A stretch of 64,000 bases of DNA from a virus. The notes under the pieces were generated by a model, which did no database searches, had not been told where the DNA came from, and worked only from the letters and a program-made list of their open reading frames with translations. Each line of letters starts with the position of its first letter. The stretch's first letter is position 1. The DNA is taken from positions 32,001 through 96,000 of IMG/VR virus record IMGVR_UViG_3300029787_005452; one strand, 5' to 3'. Shown in pieces: positions 28,572 to 36,557 of the stretch. A program made the translations under genes and the position numbers.

Positions 28572-29352
28572 AATTCCACAAGCCTTTTTCGTCTCCTTGT
28601 AACATTAAATCAATTATGCATGCATCTATAGCTTTTCTTGTTGCAATTGAAACTCTTTCATTTCTAGCATAACCTATTTCAGCTTCACCATAATCATTAA
28701 ATTCACCCAAACCTAATTCATCAGTATCAAAATACTTAAAAAATGTTGCGCCGGCACTAACACTTAAAATAGTTTTACTTACTGTGGATGATAATAATAT
28801 TTGACCTGAATTAACACTAACAAATCTCATTGAAACTGTCACATTATCTTTTCTATATTGTTTTTGACCACCTATACCTAAGTAACTGGCACCAATACCA
28901 CCTGATACAATATTACTTTCATATGAAATAATTCCCCCCTCGACCAACATACCAGCAAATAATAAAGCTCCTAAATCTTCTTCTTTATCATTAAAAGATT
29001 TTCTATTAGTTTTAATAATATTTCTTTCGTTAAGTAAATTAGCAAGATTAGCTCTTTCAACCACTTTAAACCATTTACTATTACCAGCTTCTATTAATGA
29101 TTCTATAACCCAAGCTTCCCCACCTTGGGTAACTGCTGATGAAAAAGATGCATAATTATCAGCTGTCTTTCTTTGACCAGTTTTATCGTCAAAAGAATAA
29201 ACTGCAACAAATATAGGAGCTTCTTTTACTTCTTTCATATCCCCTTGTTCAATCATATAAGGTGGTTTTTGAACCCATGGAGGATTTTGTACAGGTGTCG
29301 ATACACAACCTACCATTAATAATAAACTTAAACTAATTAAAAATTTTATCAT
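28561..29352 (-). CDS. csgG: Curli secretion channel lipoprotein CsgG
   Basis: Lipobox LMVGC; FDDKTGQRK, AVTQG, WFKVVER, ISYESN, VTVSMRFVSV..GQIL, SKTILS, EIG..RNE. Confidence 0.92.
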   Translation of the reverse strand: MIKFLISLSLLLMVGCVSTPVQNPPWVQKPPYMIEQGDMKEVKEAPIFVAVYSFDDKTGQRKTADNYASFSSAVTQGGEAWVIESLIEAGNSKWFKVVERANLANLLNERNIIKTNRKSFNDKEEDLGALLFAGMLVEGGIISYESNIVSGGIGASYLGIGGQKQYRKDNVTVSMRFVSVNSGQILLSSTVSKTILSVSAGATFFKYFDTDELGLGEFNDYGEAEIGYARNERVSIATRKAIDACIIDLMLQGDEKGLWNFVE

Positions 29353-29813
29353 GGGGTCTCAGTTGCTGCTGGTGGTATGTATAAAGAACCTATTGGTATA
29401 ATAATACTTGTAGTCGAACCATCAGTTAAATCGTTTATAGTCAAATAAATTTGATCGTCAGCAGATTTATACCATGTTATAGTACTATTCTCAATCGAAA
29501 AAGTACCTGTCTCTAATCCATCATCAGCAAATAATTGCTCTGTAACTTGTTTAGCTAATTCAGAATAAATTCTAGCCTGCAAACTTGATAAAAATGTATT
29601 TACCGCTGATCGATCTTCAGCTAATTGAGCTTGCAATTCAGCTGATTCAATTTCATCTTCTATAGCTTTTTTTCTATTAAATGAAATTTGCTCTAAAGTT
29701 AATTTATGAGCAGAATAACCAATACCTGTAAATGTCGGTGATTTAAATTGAAATACTAATTCACTTCCTAATAAAGTTAATGGAAGTAACAAACATAGAA
29801 TAATCTTATTCAT
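29349..29813 (-). CDS. csgF: Curli assembly protein CsgF
   Basis: Signal peptide then ELVFQFKSPTFTG, compared with the E. coli CsgF N-terminus GTMTFQFRNPNFGG; ATGA overlap to csgG. Confidence 0.85.
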   Translation of the reverse strand: MNKIILCLLLPLTLLGSELVFQFKSPTFTGIGYSAHKLTLEQISFNRKKAIEDEIESAELQAQLAEDRSAVNTFLSSLQARIYSELAKQVTEQLFADDGLETGTFSIENSTITWYKSADDQIYLTINDLTDGSTTSIIIPIGSLYIPPAATETP

Positions 29814-29818
29814 AGAAT

Positions 29819-29826
29819 TATTTATA
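29819..29826 (-). promoter_or_regulatory. T4-type late promoter TATAAATA for csgF-csgG
   Basis: Exact box 5 nt before the ATG at 29813. Confidence 0.65.
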
Positions 29827-29828
29827 TG

Positions 29829-30137
29829 TTACTTTGTCTTTTTCAATAATTCTTCTTCTTTTGCTTTAAACTCTTTTTCTAAAATTTCTCTTCTTTCTTT
29901 TTCTTGAAGTATCATTTTAAGTTTAATGTTTAAACGAATCATATCGTTATCTAACATTCTAACTTTATCTATTAAACCTATAAGAGTTTTTTTAGATGAT
30001 CCAATGGTAGGAGATATTTCTTTTGTAACCCATTGCCATACATAATATACAAAATAACCTAAACCTATTGCAGCTATAATTGGAAATCCAAAGTCATTAA
30101 CTAACTTTGAAAAGTGGTCTATCATTTGATCATTCAT
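29829..30137 (-). CDS. Single-TM coiled-coil membrane protein (paralogue of 30403..30684)
   Basis: FGFPIIAAIGLGYFVY TM, then a heptad pattern (LIDKVRMLDNDMIRL). Confidence 0.7.
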   Translation of the reverse strand: MNDQMIDHFSKLVNDFGFPIIAAIGLGYFVYYVWQWVTKEISPTIGSSKKTLIGLIDKVRMLDNDMIRLNIKLKMILQEKERREILEKEFKAKEEELLKKTK

Positions 30138-30145
30138 ATTTTTTA

Positions 30146-30403
30146 TTATTTAGAAGCGAGACCACCACCCATTCTATTTTCTAAGAATTTTTTTATTTGC
30201 TCTAGTCGTGAACGGTGTACCATAAGCGTGTCCATTTGACTACTAATTCTTACATCATGGTAACCAAGTTGTTTTTTTAAATCGTCAATTTGTATTTGTT
30301 GTTCTTGTACTATTTGAGAATATTTATTTATATCTCTATCTAATAGATAAAAAGATGTTACTACAAGTAAACCTAATACGGTAAATATTATATTTTTTTT
30401 CAT
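30146..30403 (-). CDS. N-terminal TM coiled-coil protein
   Basis: MKKNIIFTVLGLLVV anchor plus QEQQIQIDDLKKQL coil. Confidence 0.65.
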   Translation of the reverse strand: MKKNIIFTVLGLLVVTSFYLLDRDINKYSQIVQEQQIQIDDLKKQLGYHDVRISSQMDTLMVHRSRLEQIKKFLENRMGGGLASK

Positions 30404-30684
30404 TAATCTTTTCTTGCGTCCTCCTTTCCTTCAGATGCTGCTATCCTATCTAAGTTTGGTTCAACATTAAATGCATGAGATATTAAAGTATCAATTTTAA
30501 CTATTTCATTAGTCATAACATCGACTCTATTTTGTAAACTTGCTATCATTCCTCCTAGACCAGCTACACCGCCTTTTACCCCGTTTAATATAAATTTTAA
30601 AATAATAAAAATAAATACACCACCAGATAATGCCCCTGCAATAGGAAAGCCAACCTCGGTAAGAAATCTAATAAAACCACTCAT
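30403..30684 (-). CDS. Single-TM coiled-coil membrane protein
   Basis: VGFPIAGALSGGVFIF TM, LQNRVDVMTNEIVKID coil; TAAATA 6 nt upstream. Confidence 0.7.
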   Translation of the reverse strand: MSGFIRFLTEVGFPIAGALSGGVFIFIILKFILNGVKGGVAGLGGMIASLQNRVDVMTNEIVKIDTLISHAFNVEPNLDRIAASEGKEDARKD

Positions 30685-30764
30685 TAAAAATATTTATTAA
30701 AAATAACATGTTGAAATATATATTATTATAAGTAAATATAAAAGATAAATAATATACCGGGGAT

Positions 30765-31145
30765 ATGGAACAATTAATTTTACACTTGACAGGAGATTAC
30801 CTGTTACAGAGTGACTGGATGGCTCTTAATAAGATTAAAAATAGTAGGGCCGCAGCTACCCATGCTTTTGTATATTCATTACCATTTTTATTGTTACAAC
30901 CATCATGGGAAGCATGGTTTGTAATATTTTTTACACACTTTTTAATTGATCGTTTTGCTATTGCTAAATATATAGCATTTGCTAAAACTAAAATAGCTCC
31001 TAATAAATGGTGGCCATCATGGAAAGATTGTTCTGTAAATGGTTATAATAAAGATATACCTGTTTGGTTATCAACTTGGTTATTAATTATAACTGACAAT
31101 ACTATCCATCTTATTATAAATTACTTAGCTTTAAAGTATCTATAA
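30765..31145 (+). CDS. DUF3307-like membrane protein
   Basis: HLTGDYLLQS, THFLIDR, DNTIHL conserved His/Asp pattern. Confidence 0.75.
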   Translation: MEQLILHLTGDYLLQSDWMALNKIKNSRAAATHAFVYSLPFLLLQPSWEAWFVIFFTHFLIDRFAIAKYIAFAKTKIAPNKWWPSWKDCSVNGYNKDIPVWLSTWLLIITDNTIHLIINYLALKYL

Positions 31146-31170
31146 AAAAAGCCCTACCAAAGTAGAGCTT
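31144..31170 (-). terminator. Rho-independent terminator
   Basis: Minus-strand GCUCUAC-UUUG-GUAGGGC stem-loop followed by U7; lies between convergent genes. Confidence 0.7.
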
Positions 31171-31196
31171 GTTATAATAATTAATTAATAATTAAA

Positions 31197-31433
31197 TTAT
31201 TTTTTTACAGTAGGTTTTCTACCTCTTTTTTTTGCAGTTGGCTTTGCCTTGCTTTTTAGTTCAGCTAATTCTTCTTCTGCTTTAGCAGCTAGCTCCTTAG
31301 CTTCAGTAACTAATAGATTGACTTTATCTAAATGTTTTCTTGCGACTAAAAGGCCAACAACAAAACCTACCACAAACGTTGCGATTAATGTTAACATAAG
31401 AAAATTATTTAAACTAATTTTTATACATATCAA
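31197..31433 (-). CDS. Small TM protein with basic tail
   Basis: Probable start MLTLIATFVVG at 31397; Lys/Arg-rich C-terminus. Confidence 0.6.
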   Translation of the reverse strand: MICIKISLNNFLMLTLIATFVVGFVVGLLVARKHLDKVNLLVTEAKELAAKAEEELAELKSKAKPTAKKRGRKPTVKK

Positions 31434-31434
31434 T

Positions 31435-31463
31435 AAAAAAAGCCACCTCTTTCGAGGTGACTT
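31435..31463 (-). terminator. Rho-independent terminator
   Basis: Minus-strand GUCACCUC-GAAA-GAGGUGGC hairpin plus U-tract, downstream of 31504..31731. Confidence 0.75.
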
Positions 31464-31503
31464 GAAAAATATTATAACTACCGCGGAGACTGTATAATAT
31501 TTT

Positions 31504-31731
31504 TTATTTCTTTAGTAATGCAACTAAAACAAAAAGAGCAACTAGCCCGATAAGACCGTTTTCTCCTCCTATAGAACCAACTAATGTGGTTATATTTCCA
31601 ATAACGTCTGCTCCAAAAAGAGCTCCTTTACCGAATAATATTTCAGCGAGTACACTAATAGAAACCAGTGCCACGCCTATGTCAGTGATAGCGGATGTAC
31701 CGCTTTTTATATATGTAATTATGTTATCCAT
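31504..31731 (-). CDS. Small hydrophobic membrane protein
   Basis: 75 aa, two hydrophobic segments, Gly-rich. Confidence 0.7.
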   Translation of the reverse strand: MDNIITYIKSGTSAITDIGVALVSISVLAEILFGKGALFGADVIGNITTLVGSIGGENGLIGLVALFVLVALLKK

Positions 31732-31761
31732 AGATAAGTATTTAATCTTCTCGCGGAGATT

Positions 31762-32403
31762 TTACTTATCTTTTGTTTTCCAGAAATATTCATCAGTGTC
31801 TCCTAAACGGTATTCAAAACCATTTTCAACTTGATAAAATTCAGTACTAACCATAAAATCAGGTGTTTTAGGAGTTTGAGGCGTTAATGAATTATCATAA
31901 ACTCTCATTCTATTATTAGGGTATAAAGCATACTGTCCATTTTCTAATTCAATAACATTAAACGATTTATGTTCTGCAGGTACTTCAGCTGTGGAATAAT
32001 CAGGCTGATCTGTATTAACATGATAATTATCTAACGTAAACATATAAGTACCTTTTACTATATCATGCGTCCTAGTAAAGACTTCAAAATCCATACTACC
32101 TATAAATTGTTTATATAAACAAGTAACACCATAATCCATACAATTCCAAAATTGCAAATTAGGTAAATCATAATCAGGTGTTGGTGTTTCTGGAGAAGAA
32201 ACAAAAGCAGTAATAGGAAGTTTATCAAAAACTGCCCCGTATTCAGGTAAAAAAGTTTCAAAGTAAAAAGCTCTACCTGGAATACTTTTCGCAGTTACCC
32301 AATGACCTTCTACAAATTCTCCATGACCGTCTTTTCCATCTCGTAAAAATTCTTTTCTTACATAAACTTTTGTATTTGGTAAATTACATATTAATTGTGA
32401 CAT
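31762..32403 (-). CDS. Conserved T4-like marine phage hypothetical protein
   Basis: NLP...VYVRKEFL.D...GHGEF...KSIPGRAFYFE...DKLPI.AF...QFWNCMDY...EHKSFN...YPNNR, recalled as a widespread family. Confidence 0.75.
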   Translation of the reverse strand: MSQLICNLPNTKVYVRKEFLRDGKDGHGEFVEGHWVTAKSIPGRAFYFETFLPEYGAVFDKLPITAFVSSPETPTPDYDLPNLQFWNCMDYGVTCLYKQFIGSMDFEVFTRTHDIVKGTYMFTLDNYHVNTDQPDYSTAEVPAEHKSFNVIELENGQYALYPNNRMRVYDNSLTPQTPKTPDFMVSTEFYQVENGFEYRLGDTDEYFWKTKDK

Positions 32404-33216
32404 TTAATTACTTACTCCGTTTGGTAATAAAAAACTACTGCTATGAATAAATTCATTATAATATTTTAAATTTTTTATTTCATTTTTATTATTATCAATT
32501 GGTAAATAATTACCATCTGAACAAAAATGAAAACCAATAGTACCAGAAGGGTAGGTTGGTACTAAAGTATAATAGTATCTTACCGCATTAAAATATTTCT
32601 TTTTAAAATTATACATATCATTAATAAGATCATTATTATAAAACATACTTTCAGATTGTGAAACTACTATACCGTTTTTCTTTAATGCTTTCTTTAAATT
32701 AGAATAAAAATTTTCTTTAAATAAAGATGCACCTACGCTAAAAGGATCAGTTGAGTCAATTATTATTATATCATAAAGATTTGTACAATTTTTAATATAT
32801 TCAGCACCGTCGTAATTCATAATAGTTACTCTACTATCTTTTAAACCGCATGATATATTTGGAAAATATTTTTTAGATATTTCTATAACATCATTATCTA
32901 TTTCTACAAGATTTATAGATTTAACCTTTTTATGTTTGACTACTTCTCTTACTATACCCCCATCTCCACCGCCTATAATTAATACATTATCTGGTTTATT
33001 ATGTACATTTAAAGGTACATGGGTTAACATTTCATGATAATTAGCTTCATCAAATTCGGTTAATTGAATGACACCGTCTAATTTTAAAAGTTTACCAAAA
33101 CGTTTAGTATCGTAAACTTCTATACGTTGATATTTAGAATTAATTAATTCAATTAATTCTCCTTCTATATAAATAGTACTACCGTTTTTTCTATCCCAAC
33201 TATCGTCTATATTCAT
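32404..33216 (-). CDS. speE: Spermidine synthase (aminopropyltransferase)
   Basis: SKYQRIEV, LKLDGVIQ, YHEMLTH, VLIIGGGDGG, VEID, YDIIIIDSTDP. Confidence 0.95.
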   Translation of the reverse strand: MNIDDSWDRKNGSTIYIEGELIELINSKYQRIEVYDTKRFGKLLKLDGVIQLTEFDEANYHEMLTHVPLNVHNKPDNVLIIGGGDGGIVREVVKHKKVKSINLVEIDNDVIEISKKYFPNISCGLKDSRVTIMNYDGAEYIKNCTNLYDIIIIDSTDPFSVGASLFKENFYSNLKKALKKNGIVVSQSESMFYNNDLINDMYNFKKKYFNAVRYYYTLVPTYPSGTIGFHFCSDGNYLPIDNNKNEIKNLKYYNEFIHSSSFLLPNGVSN

Positions 33217-33593
33217 TTACGTTTACACATTTTATATAAAACTGTTTCAGCTTTAAAAAAACTTTTACTAAATTCTGCCATTTTTTCTACGTCATACCAT
33301 TTGCATGAAAAAATATCTAAATATGCAGCATTAGTATTATTAGCAAAATGACCTGATACTAAAGAAGTTTCAATTAATTGTGTCATAGAAAACCCTGATA
33401 CTTTAGGATCATCCCCAAAATGGACTACTTGACATTCTCCAAACATTTTCATATCAATAACATCGTTACATAAAGTATTAACATACTCTTTTATTTTATC
33501 TGCATCTCTAATAATATCAGGATTACATTTATATAAATCTACAGAAGTAGACATACCCCATAATTTAGTATCTATAAATTTTTTTTCGTTCAT
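33213..33593 (-). CDS. Divergent SpeD-family pyruvoyl-dependent decarboxylase
   Basis: VDLYKC, HFG, LIETSLVSGHF (canonical ESHxxxH replaced), YLDIFSCK. Confidence 0.75.
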   Translation of the reverse strand: MNEKKFIDTKLWGMSTSVDLYKCNPDIIRDADKIKEYVNTLCNDVIDMKMFGECQVVHFGDDPKVSGFSMTQLIETSLVSGHFANNTNAAYLDIFSCKWYDVEKMAEFSKSFFKAETVLYKMCKRK

Positions 33594-33959
33594 TTAACCT
33601 CTATTTATAATTTTTGTATAAACCTCTTTACTATTTAATTCTTTTTCTAAAATATCTTTAATTTTATTACCATCTAATTTATTATCACAGCTAAAAACAT
33701 CAACAGCTGCATAATTAAACTCTGGCCAAGTATGAATACTTAAATGACTTTCAGTTATTACTAAAACCCCAGTTAAACCATGAGGGTTAAATTCATGAAA
33801 TAAATCATTAACTATAGTTGCTTTACCTTTTTTTGCAGCTTTTATAAAAATATCTTTTACTTGATTAGAATCATTTAAAATTTTTGAATCACAATCAAAC
33901 AGTTCAATTAATAAATGAGTTGCTAAAGGTTTCATTATACTTTCAATGCCATATCCCAA
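33594..33959 (-). CDS. speD: S-adenosylmethionine decarboxylase proenzyme
   Basis: HLLIELFDC, HEFNPHGLTG, ITESHLSIHTWPE, DVFSC. Probable start at 33935 (TAATG overlap with queE stop). Confidence 0.92.
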   Translation of the reverse strand: MGYGIESIMKPLATHLLIELFDCDSKILNDSNQVKDIFIKAAKKGKATIVNDLFHEFNPHGLTGVLVITESHLSIHTWPEFNYAAVDVFSCDNKLDGNKIKDILEKELNSKEVYTKIINRG

Positions 33960-34675
33960 ATGACTAATTGCAATCTTGGACTAAATTTAAAGTTATGTTT
34001 CTTACATAACTCAGCCACCATAGCTGATTTCTGAGTATGTTCCTCTCTACTACCACAACAAGGCATTAACCACACATTTTCAGGATTAACCAGTCCGTTA
34101 TCGATATACTTTTCAAAAAGTTCCTTTTCATCTTCTTTAGAATCGATAACAAATTTAAAACATTCATTATTACTATTATGATGAGCTATAACATCAGGTT
34201 TATATCGACGTTTTTCTGGATCACCATTATTACTCATTTTCGGTGATAAGGTAAAATCTGCATTAAAATCATCATACCACCTATCCATAGGTTTAAGAGT
34301 ACTATTAGATTCAAAATCTATTTTAGGTATAAACCCAAATCTTTCAACAAATGTATCCATCCATAATAATAATCTTTTCTGCTGTAAAAGAGGTTCACCA
34401 CCAGTAATTTTTAATAATGCACCTCTTTTTAACTCTTTATCAAAACCATTTTTTTCATAAAAATCATTAAGCTGGTCAAATGTATATCGATTTTTAATAG
34501 ACCAGGATACAAATGAATCACAACCATGGGGTGAATCTGGAGATGCAAAACCTTGACAAGTTAAATTACACATTGCAAGCCTCATAAAGACTGACGGCCA
34601 ACCAATATATTTACCTTCTCCTTCCACGGTATAAAATACATGATCATCACTTAAAGATAAAATATCGCTACTCAT
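33935..34675 (-). CDS. queE: 7-carboxy-7-deazaguanine synthase (radical SAM)
   Basis: FYTVEGEG..IG.PSVFMRLAMCNLTC...CDS, ITGGEPLLQ, TLSPK, FKFVI, PRLQ. Confidence 0.9.
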   Translation of the reverse strand: MSSDILSLSDDHVFYTVEGEGKYIGWPSVFMRLAMCNLTCQGFASPDSPHGCDSFVSWSIKNRYTFDQLNDFYEKNGFDKELKRGALLKITGGEPLLQQKRLLLWMDTFVERFGFIPKIDFESNSTLKPMDRWYDDFNADFTLSPKMSNNGDPEKRRYKPDVIAHHNSNNECFKFVIDSKEDEKELFEKYIDNGLVNPENVWLMPCCGSREEHTQKSAMVAELCKKHNFKFSPRLQLVIWDMALKV

Positions 34676-34681
34676 AGTATA

Positions 34682-34710
34682 ATTATAGTATAGTTCCTCA
34701 TTATTATCAA
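34682..34710 (-). promoter_or_regulatory. Sigma70-type promoter TTGATA-N17-TATAAT
   Basis: The -10 box is 6 nt before the queE ATG (34675). Confidence 0.65.
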
Positions 34711-34775
34711 GATGGAGTATATTATTTATTGATTTTAACCTAATTTTTTTATGTAGTATTTTTTAAATATAGTGT

Positions 34776-34783
34776 TATAAATA
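34776..34783 (+). promoter_or_regulatory. T4-type late promoter TATAAATA
   Basis: Exact box 6 nt before the phoH ATG at 34790. Confidence 0.6.
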
Positions 34784-34789
34784 TTTTAT

Positions 34790-35560
34790 ATGTCAAAAAC
34801 AACCACTACCCGTAAAAGGGTAAAATCAGTGAAGAAACGAGTAAATCTTGTTGATTCGGTCTTAGATAGAACAGTCGAAGCTCCAGTTAATAATTGGGAT
34901 CTTGACTTTAAAATAAATGAAGAGTATAAATTAACTCCTAATCAGGTTGATTTTTTAGTAAAAGCTTTGCAAAAAACGACACGAATGTGTATGATTGACG
35001 GTCCAGCTGGGACAGCTAAGACTTATTTGGCTGTATTAACTGCTTTAAAAATGTTAAATAGAAAACAAATAGATAATATAATTTATATAAGATCTATAGT
35101 TGAAAGTGCTTCTCGGAGTATGGGAGCATTGCCTGGTGAACTAGAAGAAAAATTTGCACCATGGTCAATGCCTTTGATTGATAAACTAGAAGAAATAACA
35201 ACTGCAGGGGCTGGTGGTAATCTAATAAATAAAGGCTATATTAAATGTATACCGGTTAACTTTACAAGAGGTTTAACTTTTAAAAATGCTTGCGTTATTA
35301 TTGATGAAGCTCAAAACATGACTAACCCTGAATTAACTACTATTTTAACACGTTTCGGCGAGGATAGTAAATATCTTGTCGTTGGTGATACTCATCAAGC
35401 TGATATCGGGGTAAAAAGTGGGTTTAAAAACATATTAGAAGCTTTTAATGACCCTATATGTGAAGATGAAGGTATATTGACATTTAAATTTGATGAAGAA
35501 GATATAGTAAGAAGTAAAATTCTAAGATTTATCGTCGAGAGACTCAACACCGTTCAATAA
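34790..35560 (+). CDS. phoH: PhoH-family ATPase
   Basis: GPAGTAKT, GALPG, RGLTF, IIDEAQN, LTRFG, GDTHQAD, DIVRS. Confidence 0.95.
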   Translation: MSKTTTTRKRVKSVKKRVNLVDSVLDRTVEAPVNNWDLDFKINEEYKLTPNQVDFLVKALQKTTRMCMIDGPAGTAKTYLAVLTALKMLNRKQIDNIIYIRSIVESASRSMGALPGELEEKFAPWSMPLIDKLEEITTAGAGGNLINKGYIKCIPVNFTRGLTFKNACVIIDEAQNMTNPELTTILTRFGEDSKYLVVGDTHQADIGVKSGFKNILEAFNDPICEDEGILTFKFDEEDIVRSKILRFIVERLNTVQ

Positions 35561-35830
35561 TTCCCTCATAGCTTGAGCAAGACCTACTTGTTGAATACTA
35601 ATATTAGGTAAATCTTTTTTTGGTTCCTGTTCTTTAGGTTGAGATACTTCTACCATTTTAGAAAATACATCTTGTTCCAGTTTAACTTGTTGCGGATCAC
35701 GTTCTCTAGTAGAAGGTACACCAGTTGATATACCAGTTTGTATGACAGGAGTTTTGTTTACATTATTCTGATAAACATCCCCTATATCCATTTTAATTAC
35801 CCCATGATGTACCGGCAAATGGATTACCAA
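35522..35830 (-). CDS. Hypothetical protein
   Basis: 102 aa ORF; probable start MDIGDVY. Confidence 0.5.
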   Translation of the reverse strand: MVIHLPVHHGVIKMDIGDVYQNNVNKTPVIQTGISTGVPSTRERDPQQVKLEQDVFSKMVEVSQPKEQEPKKDLPNISIQQVGLAQAMRELLNGVESLDDKS

Positions 35831-36446
35831 TACCTTTTGATGTTTTATTATATAAAGGTGGTGTTTGTGGGCCCTGATCTGCTATTGGTTCATTTTTAAC
35901 TTCATCATTAATAATAGCTGAAGCTTCTATTTCCTTTTCTTTTAGGTCATGCAAATTTTTTGCAGTATCTTCATTTTGAATATGGCCTTGATCTTTAATA
36001 GTATTCAATAATTCTTCATATATTGCACTATTACCTTCATGCTCCCAAACTTCTACTTTAATAATTCTAACACGATTATTAGTTTGCTCAGTTACAAATT
36101 TATTAGCATTTTCATATACCCATTCTGCAGTTCTTTCAATACCAACACCTTTTTCTGCAATGCGTAAATCAATCATACCCTTTTCAGACATTAACTTAAA
36201 TGTATCTAACTCTGGATCATCAGCAGCTACTACAGTTGTATGGTCATATTGCTTCTCTAAGAGATTTTTAATCTCTTTACAGCCACCGAAATCATAAATC
36301 CAATTTTTATCATCTAATTCTTCTGCTGTAAACCATAACTTACATTGTAATCTATAGCCATGAATTAATTTACAATGACTATCTGCTCTCCACTGACGAA
36401 AGGCTGTACTACCCATCGGTATAATTTTTGTTGATACATATCTCAT
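35793..36446 (-). CDS. queD: 6-carboxy-tetrahydropterin synthase (QueD/PTPS family)
   Basis: STAFRQ..ADSHCKLIHGY, YDFGG, YDHT, ERTAEW, VEVWEH. Confidence 0.88.
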   Translation of the reverse strand: MRYVSTKIIPMGSTAFRQWRADSHCKLIHGYRLQCKLWFTAEELDDKNWIYDFGGCKEIKNLLEKQYDHTTVVAADDPELDTFKLMSEKGMIDLRIAEKGVGIERTAEWVYENANKFVTEQTNNRVRIIKVEVWEHEGNSAIYEELLNTIKDQGHIQNEDTAKNLHDLKEKEIEASAIINDEVKNEPIADQGPQTPPLYNKTSKGIGNPFAGTSWGN

Positions 36447-36452
36447 ACTATT

Positions 36453-36480
36453 ATTATGATAACAATTTAATGAAAATCAA
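36453..36480 (-). promoter_or_regulatory. Sigma70-type promoter TTGATT-N16-CATAAT
   Basis: The -10 box is 6 nt before the queD ATG (36446). Confidence 0.55.
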
Positions 36481-36557
36481 CTTTTTTAAAAATAATAGTT
36501 GATTTTATAAAAAATAATTTTAAAATATCTTTAGATAAGAGAGAAGGGACGAGGTAA

